IMG/VR virus record: IMGVR_UViG_3300025030_000116
Location: 1 to 59,048 of that record
Strand: one strand, 5' to 3'
Origin: a virus
Taxonomy: Duplodnaviria > Caudoviricetes
DNA length: 59,048 nt
Shown here: in pieces, positions 1 to 10,056 of the stretch
How the letters are laid out: each line of letters begins with the position of its first letter
How positions within the stretch are numbered: position 1 is the first letter of the stretch
Made by a program: the position numbers and the translations under genes
The notes under the pieces: model-generated
The model's input: the letters and a program-made list of their open reading frames with translations, nothing else
Told to the model about the DNA's origin: nothing
The model's database searches: none

Positions 1-983
1 CCCCCCCTGGACCCCCCGACCCCCTGCGCGACCCCCGCCCCTCCCGTGAAATCAATTACCCCTCCCCTCTCAAGAACGTCTCCATTTTCCAATTGACCAA
101 AAGAGGCGGTAGCCACCCAGGGGGGACGACTGATTTGGTCCTATTGCCCCAGCCTCCTCTTAATCTCCTCCGACCAGGCGCTTTTAACCTCAACTTCACC
201 CTCCAATCGTGCTATTTCTTCGCCCACAATGAGCAATTCATGTGCTAAATCGGCAACATCCATCTCGTCCATCAGTCCAAACGTGCTTTGCTCTTCCATG
301 TTTATCTCCCAGTTTTATCCCACATGCCAAAGCGACAGGTGGGCGGCAGATTGGAGGGTAGTCCTGAAGTGCGTCAGAATATGTCGCAAGTCGTCAAGCG
401 ATCCAAGGAGCTGTTTTTAGCCTTCATATGCCCATCAGCGTCAATGCCACCTGGGACGAGAAGCGCAGATAGCAATCCAACGATGTAGACATCGCATTTC
501 AACAGAGTTGAGGGTGATGCCCATATCCTTGCCTGCCTTGCTCCGAGATCGTGCCTTTAAGCGGCATTTAAAGATTAGATGGCTTTTGCCGTCCCACACC
601 ATCCCCCTCGGGGGGTAAGGGGGGTTGTTTTTATTCTTTTATCTTCTTATGGGTTTGGTTCTGGGTAGCTTTGCGGATAGGTTAGCGTTAGCTATCCCAG
701 TAGGTAACCCAGTAGGTTCCGTTAAATTGACATGAGAACTCCATGTTAACAACTGGTTACGCCTGCTTACCCTGCGGATCACCCCAAAAACACCCCAATT
801 TACCCCCTTCGTCACATCGGATGATCGGTGCATGTTCGTAACCCAGAGCTAACCGACAGCTAACCCAGTTGGTTCTTTACCCAAAGATGCCCCCGGTACC
901 CTTCCCATGACCCCCTTCCCGAAAAATTTTCTTACCCCCGTTTTTCCCTCCAACAATTATTTTGACTGCATTCAACTTTGTTG

Positions 984-1012
984 TTGCAATCATCCAACTT
1001 TGTTGGTAGAAA
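984..1012 (+). promoter_or_regulatory. Putative sigma70 promoter with two CAACTTTGTTG operator-like sites (973-983, 995-1005)
   Basis: TTGCAA-17 bp-TAGAAA, with one palindromic site inside the spacer. Confidence 0.5.
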
Positions 1013-1124
1013 GGTTCCACACGAATCGACACCGTGTTGGTGGGGCCGGGTGAGTTGAATTTTCAGGCAAGGGTGATGGGGCTGTCCCTGATCCGCTTGC
1101 CCGGCATTTTAAGGAAGATGAAGC

Positions 1125-1235
1125 ATGAACGTCTGCAAGAAGTGTCACCCGCTGAAGCGGTTTTTCTGCATCATCCCTTGCCCTGCCGTTAACACCGAGC
1201 CGGATAAGGTTAAAAAGGAGTGGGCAACGACATGA
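1125..1235 (+). CDS. Small Cys-rich hypothetical protein (36 aa)
   Basis: AAGGAAG upstream; MNVCKKCHPLKRFFCIIPCP...; ATGA overlap with thyX. Confidence 0.5.
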   Translation: MNVCKKCHPLKRFFCIIPCPAVNTEPDKVKKEWATT

Positions 1236-1900
1236 AGCTGGTAAAGCCCGGATTCACAATTGACATGGACGGCTTGACCCCGAGCCAGATCCTCACCAAG
1301 CTTGAGCGCATTGGCCGGCTCAGTCATCAGTCAGAGGACAAAATGACCGAGGGCTCCGCCGAGAAGTTCATAAGCAAGTGGGCGATTCAGCACGGGCATG
1401 AAAGCATCCTCCGCCATCACAGCATTACGGTGCGGATCGTCTGCAATCGGGCTGTCTCCCATCAGCTTGTGCGTCACGGCCTGGCTCACTTTCTACAGGA
1501 GTCCCAGCGGTACTGCTGCTACAAGGGGCATGTCACCTTCGTCGTCCCCCAGTGGGCAAACATCGAGTCCGGGCAGTTCACCCGAGAGCAGGACATCAAA
1601 CTGATCCCCCCCTCCAATGGAGCGCGGGTGTGGGTCCGGTCGATGTTCAATGCCGAGGAGTCTTACCACGATCTGCTGGCCTGCGGGCGCCCGGCGGAAG
1701 AGGCGCGGGGAGTTTTGCCAAACGATGCCAAGACCGAGCTTGACCTGACGGCGAACTTGGAGGAGTGGCGCCACATTTTCAAAGCCCGGACGTCCAAACA
1801 CACTGACCCGGCTGCCCGCGAGATCATGGCCCCCATGCTGGACCAGTTCACATATCTGCTGCCGGCCATATTCAGCGACATCATTCCTTTCCGGGGTTAA
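1232..1900 (+). CDS. thyX: Flavin-dependent thymidylate synthase
   Basis: GHESILRH, SHQLVRH...FLQESQRY, ARGVLPN and NLEEWRHIFKAR motifs. Confidence 0.95.
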   Translation: MKLVKPGFTIDMDGLTPSQILTKLERIGRLSHQSEDKMTEGSAEKFISKWAIQHGHESILRHHSITVRIVCNRAVSHQLVRHGLAHFLQESQRYCCYKGHVTFVVPQWANIESGQFTREQDIKLIPPSNGARVWVRSMFNAEESYHDLLACGRPAEEARGVLPNDAKTELDLTANLEEWRHIFKARTSKHTDPAAREIMAPMLDQFTYLLPAIFSDIIPFRG

Positions 1901-2120
1901 CCGGGTCCCCGCTCTGCTTCGGCATCGGGCTTGCGGAGTGCATTGTGCCGGCCATTCCGGCAGGCGCTCCAGTCCAGAGACTCACTGGGTTATCAACCGA
2001 GGACGAACCCGTGACCTACTGGTGCAGCGGGCAGGAAGCTAGGTCAACCCTTACAATTTATCAATGTCCACGCTGCCCAGGCTAACACGGTGGGTCCAAC
2101 TTTTTAGAGGCAAGAGCCCA

Positions 2121-2498
2121 ATGGAAGCAGAGAAAAAACAAAACCCTTGCTTGGGACAAAAATACAGCACTGCGGTCTTCGCTCCGACCCGTGGCGAGGT
2201 GAAATATCTGGCTCTGAAGATGGTTTCAGTGATTAGAAACAAACGCTTTGAGACTGTTGCTGAAGCTTACAAGCGTAGGTTCCTGTCAACTCTTGAGCAT
2301 ATCGGTCATACACTCGATCCGACGAGCCCGCCATGCACGAATTGCCCGGCTATCACAGTTTATTTTTGTGGGAAATACGCACTTGAGTGTAGGGATTTCC
2401 TCAGATACAGCAACGGTGGGCGTGCTTACGATCCGAATAAAAGGCGAAAGCGTGTCCCGAAAGTTAACACCACATTTGATTCAACGGAGGAATTGTAA
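2121..2498 (+). CDS. Hypothetical protein with Cys cluster (CTNC...C...C)
   Basis: ORF coupled to the next gene; start chosen after GAGG. Confidence 0.55.
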   Translation: MEAEKKQNPCLGQKYSTAVFAPTRGEVKYLALKMVSVIRNKRFETVAEAYKRRFLSTLEHIGHTLDPTSPPCTNCPAITVYFCGKYALECRDFLRYSNGGRAYDPNKRRKRVPKVNTTFDSTEEL

Positions 2499-2764
2499 TG
2501 GCTAATCCCGTAATGGAGCGCCGCATCGTTCGCGTCCTGGTTAGCAACGATGTCTTGCTGCAAGGCTTGAACCTCGGACCAGAGACAGTCCTTTGCCAGA
2601 TCGTGCCAGCGGTTGATCGTTACGAGTTCGGGATGCAACACTGGCTGTTCTTTGCCGATCCTTCTTTCCCGGTGAACGAGCGTGGCTGCTTGGTACGTGA
2701 GTACCGGATGCTCTGCACCGACAACGACGAGGGCGGCAGGGACATCGAAATGGTGCCGGCATGA
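2498..2764 (+). CDS. Hypothetical protein
   Basis: GGAGG RBS; overlapping stop/start on both sides. Confidence 0.7.
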   Translation: MANPVMERRIVRVLVSNDVLLQGLNLGPETVLCQIVPAVDRYEFGMQHWLFFADPSFPVNERGCLVREYRMLCTDNDEGGRDIEMVPA

Positions 2765-3186
2765 CGACAGTGGCGTGGGACGGCAAGTTGTTAGCTGGAG
2801 ACAGGCTGTGCTGCTTTGGTGGCACTCCGGTTGTCACAACAAAGGTCTTCGCCCTGAATGGGGTTCTGATCGGGACCGCTGGCCTGAAGGTCGATGGAAT
2901 CCTGTTCCGCGAGTGGGTCGAGAAAGGCAGACCCGCAGACAAAAAGCCTGTAGTTGGCGACAACTTTACCGGCTTATTGGTAGAGGCATCCGGGGAGCTG
3001 ATTTACTATGACGGCCCGAAGTTGGTGCCAGTTCCGATGCCCGCCGGGCAGAGATGGTCCTTGGGAAGTGGCTGCGATTTTGCGCTAGGCGCTATGGCCG
3101 CCGGGGCGAGTGCGATACAGGCGGTAGAGATAGCCTGCGTGCTTGACGTTAACACGGGTCTGGGAGTGGACTATGTGTCACTCTAG
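2761..3186 (+). CDS. Ntn-hydrolase fold (proteasome beta/HslV-like) phage protein
   Basis: N-terminal MTTVAWDGKLLAGD (catalytic Thr position) and SLGSG...ALGAM...AVEIA. Confidence 0.75.
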   Translation: MTTVAWDGKLLAGDRLCCFGGTPVVTTKVFALNGVLIGTAGLKVDGILFREWVEKGRPADKKPVVGDNFTGLLVEASGELIYYDGPKLVPVPMPAGQRWSLGSGCDFALGAMAAGASAIQAVEIACVLDVNTGLGVDYVSL

Positions 3187-3354
3187 CTGCCCCTACGAAT
3201 ACCGATTTAGCGGTGACTGTGGCCGAACGGCGATGCAAAACACCCCCCTTGCCCATTGCTACACCCCGAAATGCCAAGGGTGCGGCGAGGAAGGCTGTGA
3301 AATAGACGAGATTTACGGGCTGTGCAATGCCTGCTGGGAAAAGGAGCGAGAGCT

Positions 3355-3672
3355 ATGAAAAAGATGACCGCTGAAGATGTCGCCAACCTGGCCCAGTTCG
3401 TCCAGGTGGCGAGGAAGATGATGGAGGAAAGGTTCGGGGATCTTGGCCTCAAGCTGCTGGACCTGGATCTCGGGATAAGCGGCAACAAGAACGTGATCGT
3501 CATCCCCGGCGCCGAACGGTACTTCCTCACTGGCACCGTTGCTCACCCGATGAGCCAGAAGTTCAAGGAGTTCCGGGTGGACTTTGCCATGAGCATCGGG
3601 GACACGACCATTGACACGGTGGCCGGGATCGTCAATGACGTGGTGACGAAGACGGCGCCGAGTTTCAAATGA
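3355..3672 (+). CDS. Hypothetical protein
   Basis: AAGGAG RBS; coupled to the downstream gene. Confidence 0.65.
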   Translation: MKKMTAEDVANLAQFVQVARKMMEERFGDLGLKLLDLDLGISGNKNVIVIPGAERYFLTGTVAHPMSQKFKEFRVDFAMSIGDTTIDTVAGIVNDVVTKTAPSFK

Positions 3673-3908
3673 CACCCCAGACCTTGAATGAGTTCCTGGA
3701 CGCCATCTATTCGGCCACGAATGAGTTTCGGCGCACAGGAAAGGAGCCGAAGGCTATTTACCTGGGAAGCGAGACCCGCCATCGGTTCTATTCTGACCCT
3801 TTGGTGAGAAGTTACCTGACGGCAGCATCACCCGCCGTACAACGCGACGAAATATGTGGTATCCCGGTCTTCAGGGTGAACGATAAGGAGCATTTCAATG
3901 TCGGGTAG
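3669..3908 (+). CDS. Hypothetical protein
   Basis: ATGA coupling within the operon. Confidence 0.65.
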   Translation: MTPQTLNEFLDAIYSATNEFRRTGKEPKAIYLGSETRHRFYSDPLVRSYLTAASPAVQRDEICGIPVFRVNDKEHFNVG

Positions 3909-4326
3909 TCTGAAGCTGTCTCTTCCTCTCACTGTGACACTTCCGCGCAAGACTAAGGCGGACAAGGTATTCATCCTGAACCTCAACAACTACCGTAACA
4001 CGCATCACATGACGCTGAACCAGGCCAAGGTAAAGTACAAAGAGCTGATATATGAGTTGATGCTGACGAGATCAGGAAAGTATGTAGCACCTATCTTGCC
4101 TCCGCCTCCGTATCTGTTCACCTACACCGTCTTCCCTGGCAGCATGAGGACGTTCGATGTTAACAATGTGTGCAGCATCATCGACAAGTTCGCAGCCGAC
4201 GCATTGCAGGAACTAGGAATAATCAAGAACGACAACTTCAAATTCATCCCCGAGAGTGTCTTTAAGTTCGGGAGCGTGGATAAAGACAATCCGAGATGTG
4301 AGTTGGTTGTAACTCCGCTCGCCTAA
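3898..4326 (+). CDS. RusA-like Holliday junction resolvase
   Basis: FDVNN...DKF..DAL..LGII.ND and C-terminal DNPRCEL pattern. Confidence 0.75.
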   Translation: MSGSLKLSLPLTVTLPRKTKADKVFILNLNNYRNTHHMTLNQAKVKYKELIYELMLTRSGKYVAPILPPPPYLFTYTVFPGSMRTFDVNNVCSIIDKFAADALQELGIIKNDNFKFIPESVFKFGSVDKDNPRCELVVTPLA

Positions 4327-4399
4327 AGCCGCAACTTAGTTGAATTAATGCAACAATAAAGAGGGGGTGATCTGACTGGTATCAATCCTGGTAGTTGGA

Positions 4400-4639
4400 G
4401 TGGGCTTATCGTTGGCCCAGGTGTCCGTGGTGTCCGCCGCCGCGCATCAGGTAGGGATCGTAGTGCTGATCGAGGAGCGAGAGCAACCGACCATCATGTT
4501 GTCCATGCCGGCCCTTCCTGTTGGGTGCTACGAGCCAATCCTTTGGGACGAAGAGGATTCCCCCGAGTGCCATCCGGCCCATCCGTTGGGCGATCATGCC
4601 GATCATGCCAAGAGGCATGTGATTTGGGATTACGGCTAG
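4400..4639 (+). CDS. Hypothetical protein
   Basis: ORF only; start uncertain. Confidence 0.35.
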   Translation: MGLSLAQVSVVSAAAHQVGIVVLIEEREQPTIMLSMPALPVGCYEPILWDEEDSPECHPAHPLGDHADHAKRHVIWDYG

Positions 4640-4732
4640 GGCAAGAGAGCCGAACGGGGCTTAAAAAGATCCTACTGACCCAATCCACGATCAAGCCGGC
4701 GGGGGCAATCCTCGCCGGCACAGGGATAAATC

Positions 4733-5326
4733 ATGGCTCCAAAGAAAGAAAAATCGAACGTGTTAACTGGGCTGGATCTCTTGCAGGCCAAGACCCCTTC
4801 CGGCCAAAAGAAAACCCCGCCGCTGATCCCGGTTCAAGAGGCTCTAGTAATCCAGGGAGTGCTTGCCGGGAAGAAGCCAGGCGAGGCCGTGGCTGACGCT
4901 GGGTACGGCTTCAACAAGAAGAACGCCGAGGCATTCGGCAAGAACCTTGTGGCGAAGCACACGGATGTTAACGGCGCCCTGATAGCAAGCCTTGAGAGTG
5001 TCGGGGTCAATCTGGACTTCCTCACCGGGAAGATTAAGGAAGGCATGGGTGCCAGCAAGCCGCTCATGGTTGGAAAGACCAAAAGCAAAGACGGCACGGA
5101 GGAGATGGAATACGCGAATACCCCCGACTATGCAACTCGCCACAAGTACGTTGAGACGGTACTTGACATCCTACCTGGCGCCCGAGCTGCCAAGAAGATT
5201 GAGGTGACGCAGACGACATTTGAACAGAAGGCGGTCCTGGTTGCCGATATGCGCGAGAACCCGAAGGACGTGATGCTGATGATGGAAAGGATGCTTGAGA
5301 TGAAGAGGACCAAAACCATTGAGTGA
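4733..5326 (+). CDS. Terminase small subunit (putative)
   Basis: Overlaps the start of terL; A..DAGY HTH-like segment and PDYATRHKY motif. Confidence 0.65.
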   Translation: MAPKKEKSNVLTGLDLLQAKTPSGQKKTPPLIPVQEALVIQGVLAGKKPGEAVADAGYGFNKKNAEAFGKNLVAKHTDVNGALIASLESVGVNLDFLTGKIKEGMGASKPLMVGKTKSKDGTEEMEYANTPDYATRHKYVETVLDILPGARAAKKIEVTQTTFEQKAVLVADMRENPKDVMLMMERMLEMKRTKTIE

Positions 5327-7073
5327 ACTCCTCGCCAAGATAGAAGCGATGACCGAGGAGGAGCTGCTTGACCACATCTCCCATCTGAGGCTCACCGTTG
5401 ATTTCCCCTTCTTCGCGTCCAGGCTGCTCAAAGTGCAGACGATGAAGGGCAAGATTGTGCCGCTAGAGCTGAACTATCCGCAGCAGCTCCTTCATACGAT
5501 CATCGAAGACCACATAAGGCCGAAAAGACTCGTCCGCATCGTTGACCTCAAATCTCGACGCATGGGACATTCAACATATTTCTCCGGGCTCTTCTACCAG
5601 AAGGCTAGCCGCATCCACAACCGCTATGCCGTTCAGATTACGCATGAGCCGGAAGCGACCGACACCCTTTTCAAGATGGTCAAGAGGTTCTTCAGTTTCT
5701 CCCCTACCAGCGAGCGCCCGGAAACGCTCTACAACAACACGAAGCTGTTGGAGTTCAACAACAAGGACGGCAGGGGGCTCAACTCCGGCTTCCGAGTTGC
5801 GACCGCCGGCAAGGAGGACTTTGGTTCAGGTCAGACGATCCACTACGCCCACCTTTCCGAGACGGCCAAGTGGGACCAGGGGACCACCAAGAGCCTGTTA
5901 ACGTCACTCCTACAGACCGTCCCGGACGAAGACGACACAATGGTTGTCTTTGAGTCAACCGCCAAGGGTATCGGCGGGGAGTTCTATGACCGCTTCTGGG
6001 GCGCTCGCTTCCGCGTCTGGATCAAGCGTCTGGACGCTGACGGCAAGCCGGTCATTGAGGACACGATCAACGCGACCGCCGACCTGGACAACATCTACAC
6101 GTCCCTGTTCTTTCCCTGGTTTGTCTTCCCCGACTACGTGATAACCCCGCCATACGACTTCGTGTTAACGCCGAAAGAGGCCGGGATCAAAGCGCAGTAC
6201 GGGCTTTCGGATGCTCAAATTTACTGGCGCCGCCGGACCATCGCCAACAAGTGTGACGCCAACGAAGACATCTTCAACCAGGAGTACCCGGCCACACCCG
6301 AACATGCCTTCCTTGGATCTGGCCGGCCATGCTTCGACAACGCCAAGCTGCTCTTGCAGAAGGACGCCGCCCCTCCTCCGATAGCACGTTACGAGTGCCT
6401 GACTTCAACGGGCAAGTGGCTCATCAAGAACGATGGCCGGCTGTCAGTATGGGAGGAGCCCCGAGTCGGAGACGCCTACATCATATCCGCAGACGTTGCG
6501 GAAGGTTTGGAGAAAGGCGACTTCTCAACTGCCGATGTCATCAACCATCGTACAGGGGACCAGGTGGCGCAGTGGCACGGGCACATCGACCCTGACGAGT
6601 TCGCATCAATCCTGAGTTCTCTCGGAATCCGGTACAACGTGGCCTTGCTCGCGCCCGAGCGGAACAACCACGGCCTCATGGTAGTCAACAAGCTGATGTA
6701 TACCCACAACTACCCGCGCATCCATTGCGAGATGGTTCCCGACCCTCCTGGCAAGCCACGGAAGAGGTTTGGGTGGGTCACTGATAAGAAGACCCGGCCT
6801 TTTATCATAGACAACATGATAGCCGAGGTGCGTGAGGGTTCGCATGGTATCAGGTGCGCGGCGACGTTCGAGGAGATGATGGCCTTCAAGATCCAGAACA
6901 ACGGCAGAATGGAGGCAGATTCAGGACGTTTCGATGACCGGGTTATCTCTATCTGTATAGCAAAGCACCTCCGCCAAGTTCTTCCCGTACCGCGTCAGAT
7001 TCTACGGAATAAACGCCCATCTGGAGCGACAGGCGGAACCAAGAGCAAGCCTAACGCTAAGGGGTGGACGTGA
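5319..7073 (+). CDS. terL: Terminase large subunit
   Basis: LKSRRMGHST (Walker A), YAHLSE (Walker B), VFESTAKG, ISADVAEG, ERNNHG and DDRVIS nuclease motifs. Confidence 0.95.
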   Translation: MSELLAKIEAMTEEELLDHISHLRLTVDFPFFASRLLKVQTMKGKIVPLELNYPQQLLHTIIEDHIRPKRLVRIVDLKSRRMGHSTYFSGLFYQKASRIHNRYAVQITHEPEATDTLFKMVKRFFSFSPTSERPETLYNNTKLLEFNNKDGRGLNSGFRVATAGKEDFGSGQTIHYAHLSETAKWDQGTTKSLLTSLLQTVPDEDDTMVVFESTAKGIGGEFYDRFWGARFRVWIKRLDADGKPVIEDTINATADLDNIYTSLFFPWFVFPDYVITPPYDFVLTPKEAGIKAQYGLSDAQIYWRRRTIANKCDANEDIFNQEYPATPEHAFLGSGRPCFDNAKLLLQKDAAPPPIARYECLTSTGKWLIKNDGRLSVWEEPRVGDAYIISADVAEGLEKGDFSTADVINHRTGDQVAQWHGHIDPDEFASILSSLGIRYNVALLAPERNNHGLMVVNKLMYTHNYPRIHCEMVPDPPGKPRKRFGWVTDKKTRPFIIDNMIAEVREGSHGIRCAATFEEMMAFKIQNNGRMEADSGRFDDRVISICIAKHLRQVLPVPRQILRNKRPSGATGGTKSKPNAKGWT

Positions 7074-7583
7074 GCTTTATAACGAGAAAATGGGTCATTC
7101 CCGACTATGACCTGAAAAGATTGGAGCTACCAAGACATGGCGCCCATGACTTTCTTGCCAAGATCGGAGTTAACGTGGATCGGCAATATGATAGCTGGCC
7201 GGACCTTTGCCGCATGGCGACAGTCGTACACTAGCGGGTTGCACTCCTGACCCCTGACGAGATTCGCCCGATAGAAAGGAAGATTCTGGAGTCGATCATC
7301 CAGGATGAAGTTATGTGGGTATATTCACAGGGAATCGAGCGGTGCGGCGGATATTTACGGGTGATGCCCCAGATAGAGTTTTCGGTCTTTGAGAAACCTG
7401 GACCGCCTAGCCTCACTATGCTCATGCCCAGAGAACTAAAGATAGAAGAAATGCAACTGGTGCATAGATTTGAGGTGGTTTCCCTCTTGGTCGCCATTGA
7501 CGAGGACAGCCTAGAAGTCTATTGGGGCAGAAAAACATCTTAGTTGTTTGACACGCTCCATAATGTTGTGGTAACTGAACCTC

Positions 7584-7712
7584 ATGGCAAAAATTGTAAA
7601 GCTTATCGAGCTGATAAAGCAGCTACACGCAGACAAGTTTACGGGTTCGATTACCGTCAACTTCGGTCAGGGCGGGATCAACGACATCGAGAAGTACGAG
7701 AAGATAAAGTAG
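7584..7712 (+). CDS. Small DUF2292/YezD-like protein (42 aa)
   Basis: MAKIVKLIELIKQLHADKFTGSITVNFGQGGINDIEKYEKIK; F.GSITV.F..G.I..IEK pattern; TTGACA at 7548 upstream. Confidence 0.55.
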   Translation: MAKIVKLIELIKQLHADKFTGSITVNFGQGGINDIEKYEKIK

Positions 7713-7713
7713 T

Positions 7714-7789
7714 GCTGGTGTAGCTCAGTTGGTAGAGCGGCTGCCTTGTAAGCAGCATGTCGCAGGTTCGATGCCTGTCATCAGCTCCA
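7714..7789 (+). tRNA. tRNA-Thr(UGU)
   Basis: Full cloverleaf: GCTGGTG/CATCAGC acceptor, TAGCTCAGTTGGTAGAGC D-arm, GCTGC-CTTGTAA-GCAGC anticodon arm, GGTTCGATGCC T-arm, encoded CCA. Confidence 0.95.
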
Positions 7790-7836
7790 TTTAAATTTCT
7801 GGATTCTGCAACCGCCTCGCAAGGGGAGTGAGCGCA

Positions 7837-7882
7837 AGGCCGGATGATTTGACGTTAACACGTCAGTCGTCCGGCCTTTTTT
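7837..7882 (+). terminator. Long hairpin plus T-run upstream of the portal gene
   Basis: AAGGCCGGATGATTTGACG-TTAACA-CGTCAGTCGTCCGGCC-TTTTTT. Confidence 0.7.
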
Positions 7883-7899
7883 ATTACCTGGAGAACTGC

Positions 7900-10056
7900 T
7901 TGATCCAAAACGGCACACCAGCCCTCGGCATCATCCCCTTCAAGGGCGTAAGGCAGCTTGAAGAGGAGAAGACCGCCAAAGCTACTGCGGCATATCAGGC
8001 GCAGACTGCAACGGCGCAGCCGCAGTACATCAGCGCCCTCTCGGGATACATCGAGAAGTGCTGGGCGTCCGCTCGTCAAGCAAAGCAACTCCCCGAGCGT
8101 CAGATGATGCGGAACCTCCGGCAGAGGAACGGGATCTACGAAGCCGACAAGATGGCAGCAATCGCGCAGATGGGCGGTTCGGAAGTCTACATCCTCCTGA
8201 CCTCGACCAAGTGCCGCGCTGCCGAGGCGTGGGTTAACGACATCCTTCGCCCGGTGGGTGAACGCCTTTTCGGGATCAAGCCGACCCCTATTGCCGAACT
8301 CTCCCCGGAAAGAGTTGACCTGATCTATCAGGACGCATCGGCGGTCTATGACGAGGTGATGAGCCAGGCTCAAGCGTTGGGCCAAGAGATCGACCGCACC
8401 CAGCTTCAGCATGAAATGCGTGAGTACCTGGAAGAGTCCCACGACAAGGCACTGAAGCAGATGCAGGAAGAGGCCGAGGAGCGGGCCGAGCGTATGGCCG
8501 TCAAGATTGACGACCAGCTTGCCGAGGGCGGGTGGTACGAGGCTTTCTGGGCATCCATTAACGACCTTATCACCCTGAAGGCGGGCATCATCAAGGGTCC
8601 GGTGCTCCGCAGGAAGAAGGTGCAGGCGTGGGTGCAAGACTCGGAACAGGGTGGGAAGTGGGTAGTCAAGGCGGTTGACAAGATCATCCCGACCTTTGAG
8701 CGCGTGAGCCCGTTCGACCTCTACCCGGCGCCCGACTCCCGCAGCCCCGACGATGGATACCTGATCGAGCGCCATGAGTTAACCCGGTCTGACCTGCAAA
8801 CCCTGATCGGCGTCCCTGGCTACAGTGAGGCGGCGATACGGAAGGTCTTGCAGCAGTACCCCAACGGCTACCGCAACACCTTGCCCAACGATGTCGAGCG
8901 GGCGCGTGTCGAGTTCTCCGGCAATACCGAGTACACGACCCACGGCGAGAAGTTGGAGGCGCTGGAGTTCTGGGGTGCAGTGCAGGGCCGGATGCTCATC
9001 GAATGGGGCATGAAGGATGGCATCGACCCGGATCTTGATTACGAGGTTAACGCCTGGAAGATCGGCAGCTACGTCATAAGGGCAATCCTCAACCCTGACA
9101 AGCTGGGCCGCAAGCCGTACTCGGTTGACTCTTTCGAGCGGATACCGGGCTCCTTCTGGGGCAAGGGCATCCCTGAACTGATGGGCGACCTTCAGGACGT
9201 GTGCAATGCACTGGCAAGGGCAATCGTGAATAACGCGGCCCTCGCCTCCGGTCCCCAGGTTGAAGTTAACTTGGATCGAGTGCAGTCGGATTCGGATGCG
9301 ATCTGGCCCTGGAAGATCTGGCAGTCAACGAATCAGCAGATGTCGGAAGCCCCGGCTGTACGGTTCAACCAGCCGACCATCATCGTTGAGCCGCTTCTGA
9401 GGGTCTTCGACTTCTTCGCCACACTTTCAGAGGACCAGACCGGCGTACCTCGCTGGGCGTTTGGCAACTCGAATGTGGGCGGTGCCGGATCGACCAGCTC
9501 CGGCTTGTCCATGCTGATGACTTCAGCCAGCAGGGGGATCAAGGAGTTGATCTCTCACATCGACAACATGGTGGCAGGCGTCATCTCCCGCACCTACGAC
9601 TACAACATGGTCTACGACGAAGACGAGAGGATCAAGGGCGACTGCAAGACTGTTGCTCGCGGATCTTCGGCCCTCCTCGCAAAAGAACAGTTGATTCAGC
9701 GCACCAATGAATTCCTGGCCGCGACGAACAACCCGACCGACCTTCAGATTACCGGAATCGAGGGCAGGGCCGAACTCCTCAAGGTGGCCGCGCAAAACAT
9801 CGGGATCGACGTTTCAAAGGTCATCCCCGACAAGGCCGGGCTCCAGGCGCTTGTTGAAAAGATCGAGGCGCAGCAGGCCGCCATGATGCAGCAGAGCCGG
9901 CAGGCATCCGGGGGTGCATCTCCCCCTGGAGGAAGTCAGCCGGGAAGCGGAATGGTACCGGGCGCAGCTCCGCAGACGTTGGACAACGCAGGTAATCCGG
10001 CGGGCGGAACCGATGTTAACACGTTTCAGAATCAGCCAGGAGTAACGCCGGGATGA
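7900..10056 (+). CDS. Portal protein
   Basis: Size and position after terL; FERVSPFDLYPAP, FWGKGIPE, NAALASGPQVEVN; TTG start after GGAGA. Confidence 0.88.
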   Translation: MIQNGTPALGIIPFKGVRQLEEEKTAKATAAYQAQTATAQPQYISALSGYIEKCWASARQAKQLPERQMMRNLRQRNGIYEADKMAAIAQMGGSEVYILLTSTKCRAAEAWVNDILRPVGERLFGIKPTPIAELSPERVDLIYQDASAVYDEVMSQAQALGQEIDRTQLQHEMREYLEESHDKALKQMQEEAEERAERMAVKIDDQLAEGGWYEAFWASINDLITLKAGIIKGPVLRRKKVQAWVQDSEQGGKWVVKAVDKIIPTFERVSPFDLYPAPDSRSPDDGYLIERHELTRSDLQTLIGVPGYSEAAIRKVLQQYPNGYRNTLPNDVERARVEFSGNTEYTTHGEKLEALEFWGAVQGRMLIEWGMKDGIDPDLDYEVNAWKIGSYVIRAILNPDKLGRKPYSVDSFERIPGSFWGKGIPELMGDLQDVCNALARAIVNNAALASGPQVEVNLDRVQSDSDAIWPWKIWQSTNQQMSEAPAVRFNQPTIIVEPLLRVFDFFATLSEDQTGVPRWAFGNSNVGGAGSTSSGLSMLMTSASRGIKELISHIDNMVAGVISRTYDYNMVYDEDERIKGDCKTVARGSSALLAKEQLIQRTNEFLAATNNPTDLQITGIEGRAELLKVAAQNIGIDVSKVIPDKAGLQALVEKIEAQQAAMMQQSRQASGGASPPGGSQPGSGMVPGAAPQTLDNAGNPAGGTDVNTFQNQPGVTPG

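Noticed and set aside
1-60. Defined cos site or terminal repeat
   Set aside because: C-rich start suggests a genome end, but no matching repeat was seen at the right end; needs read data
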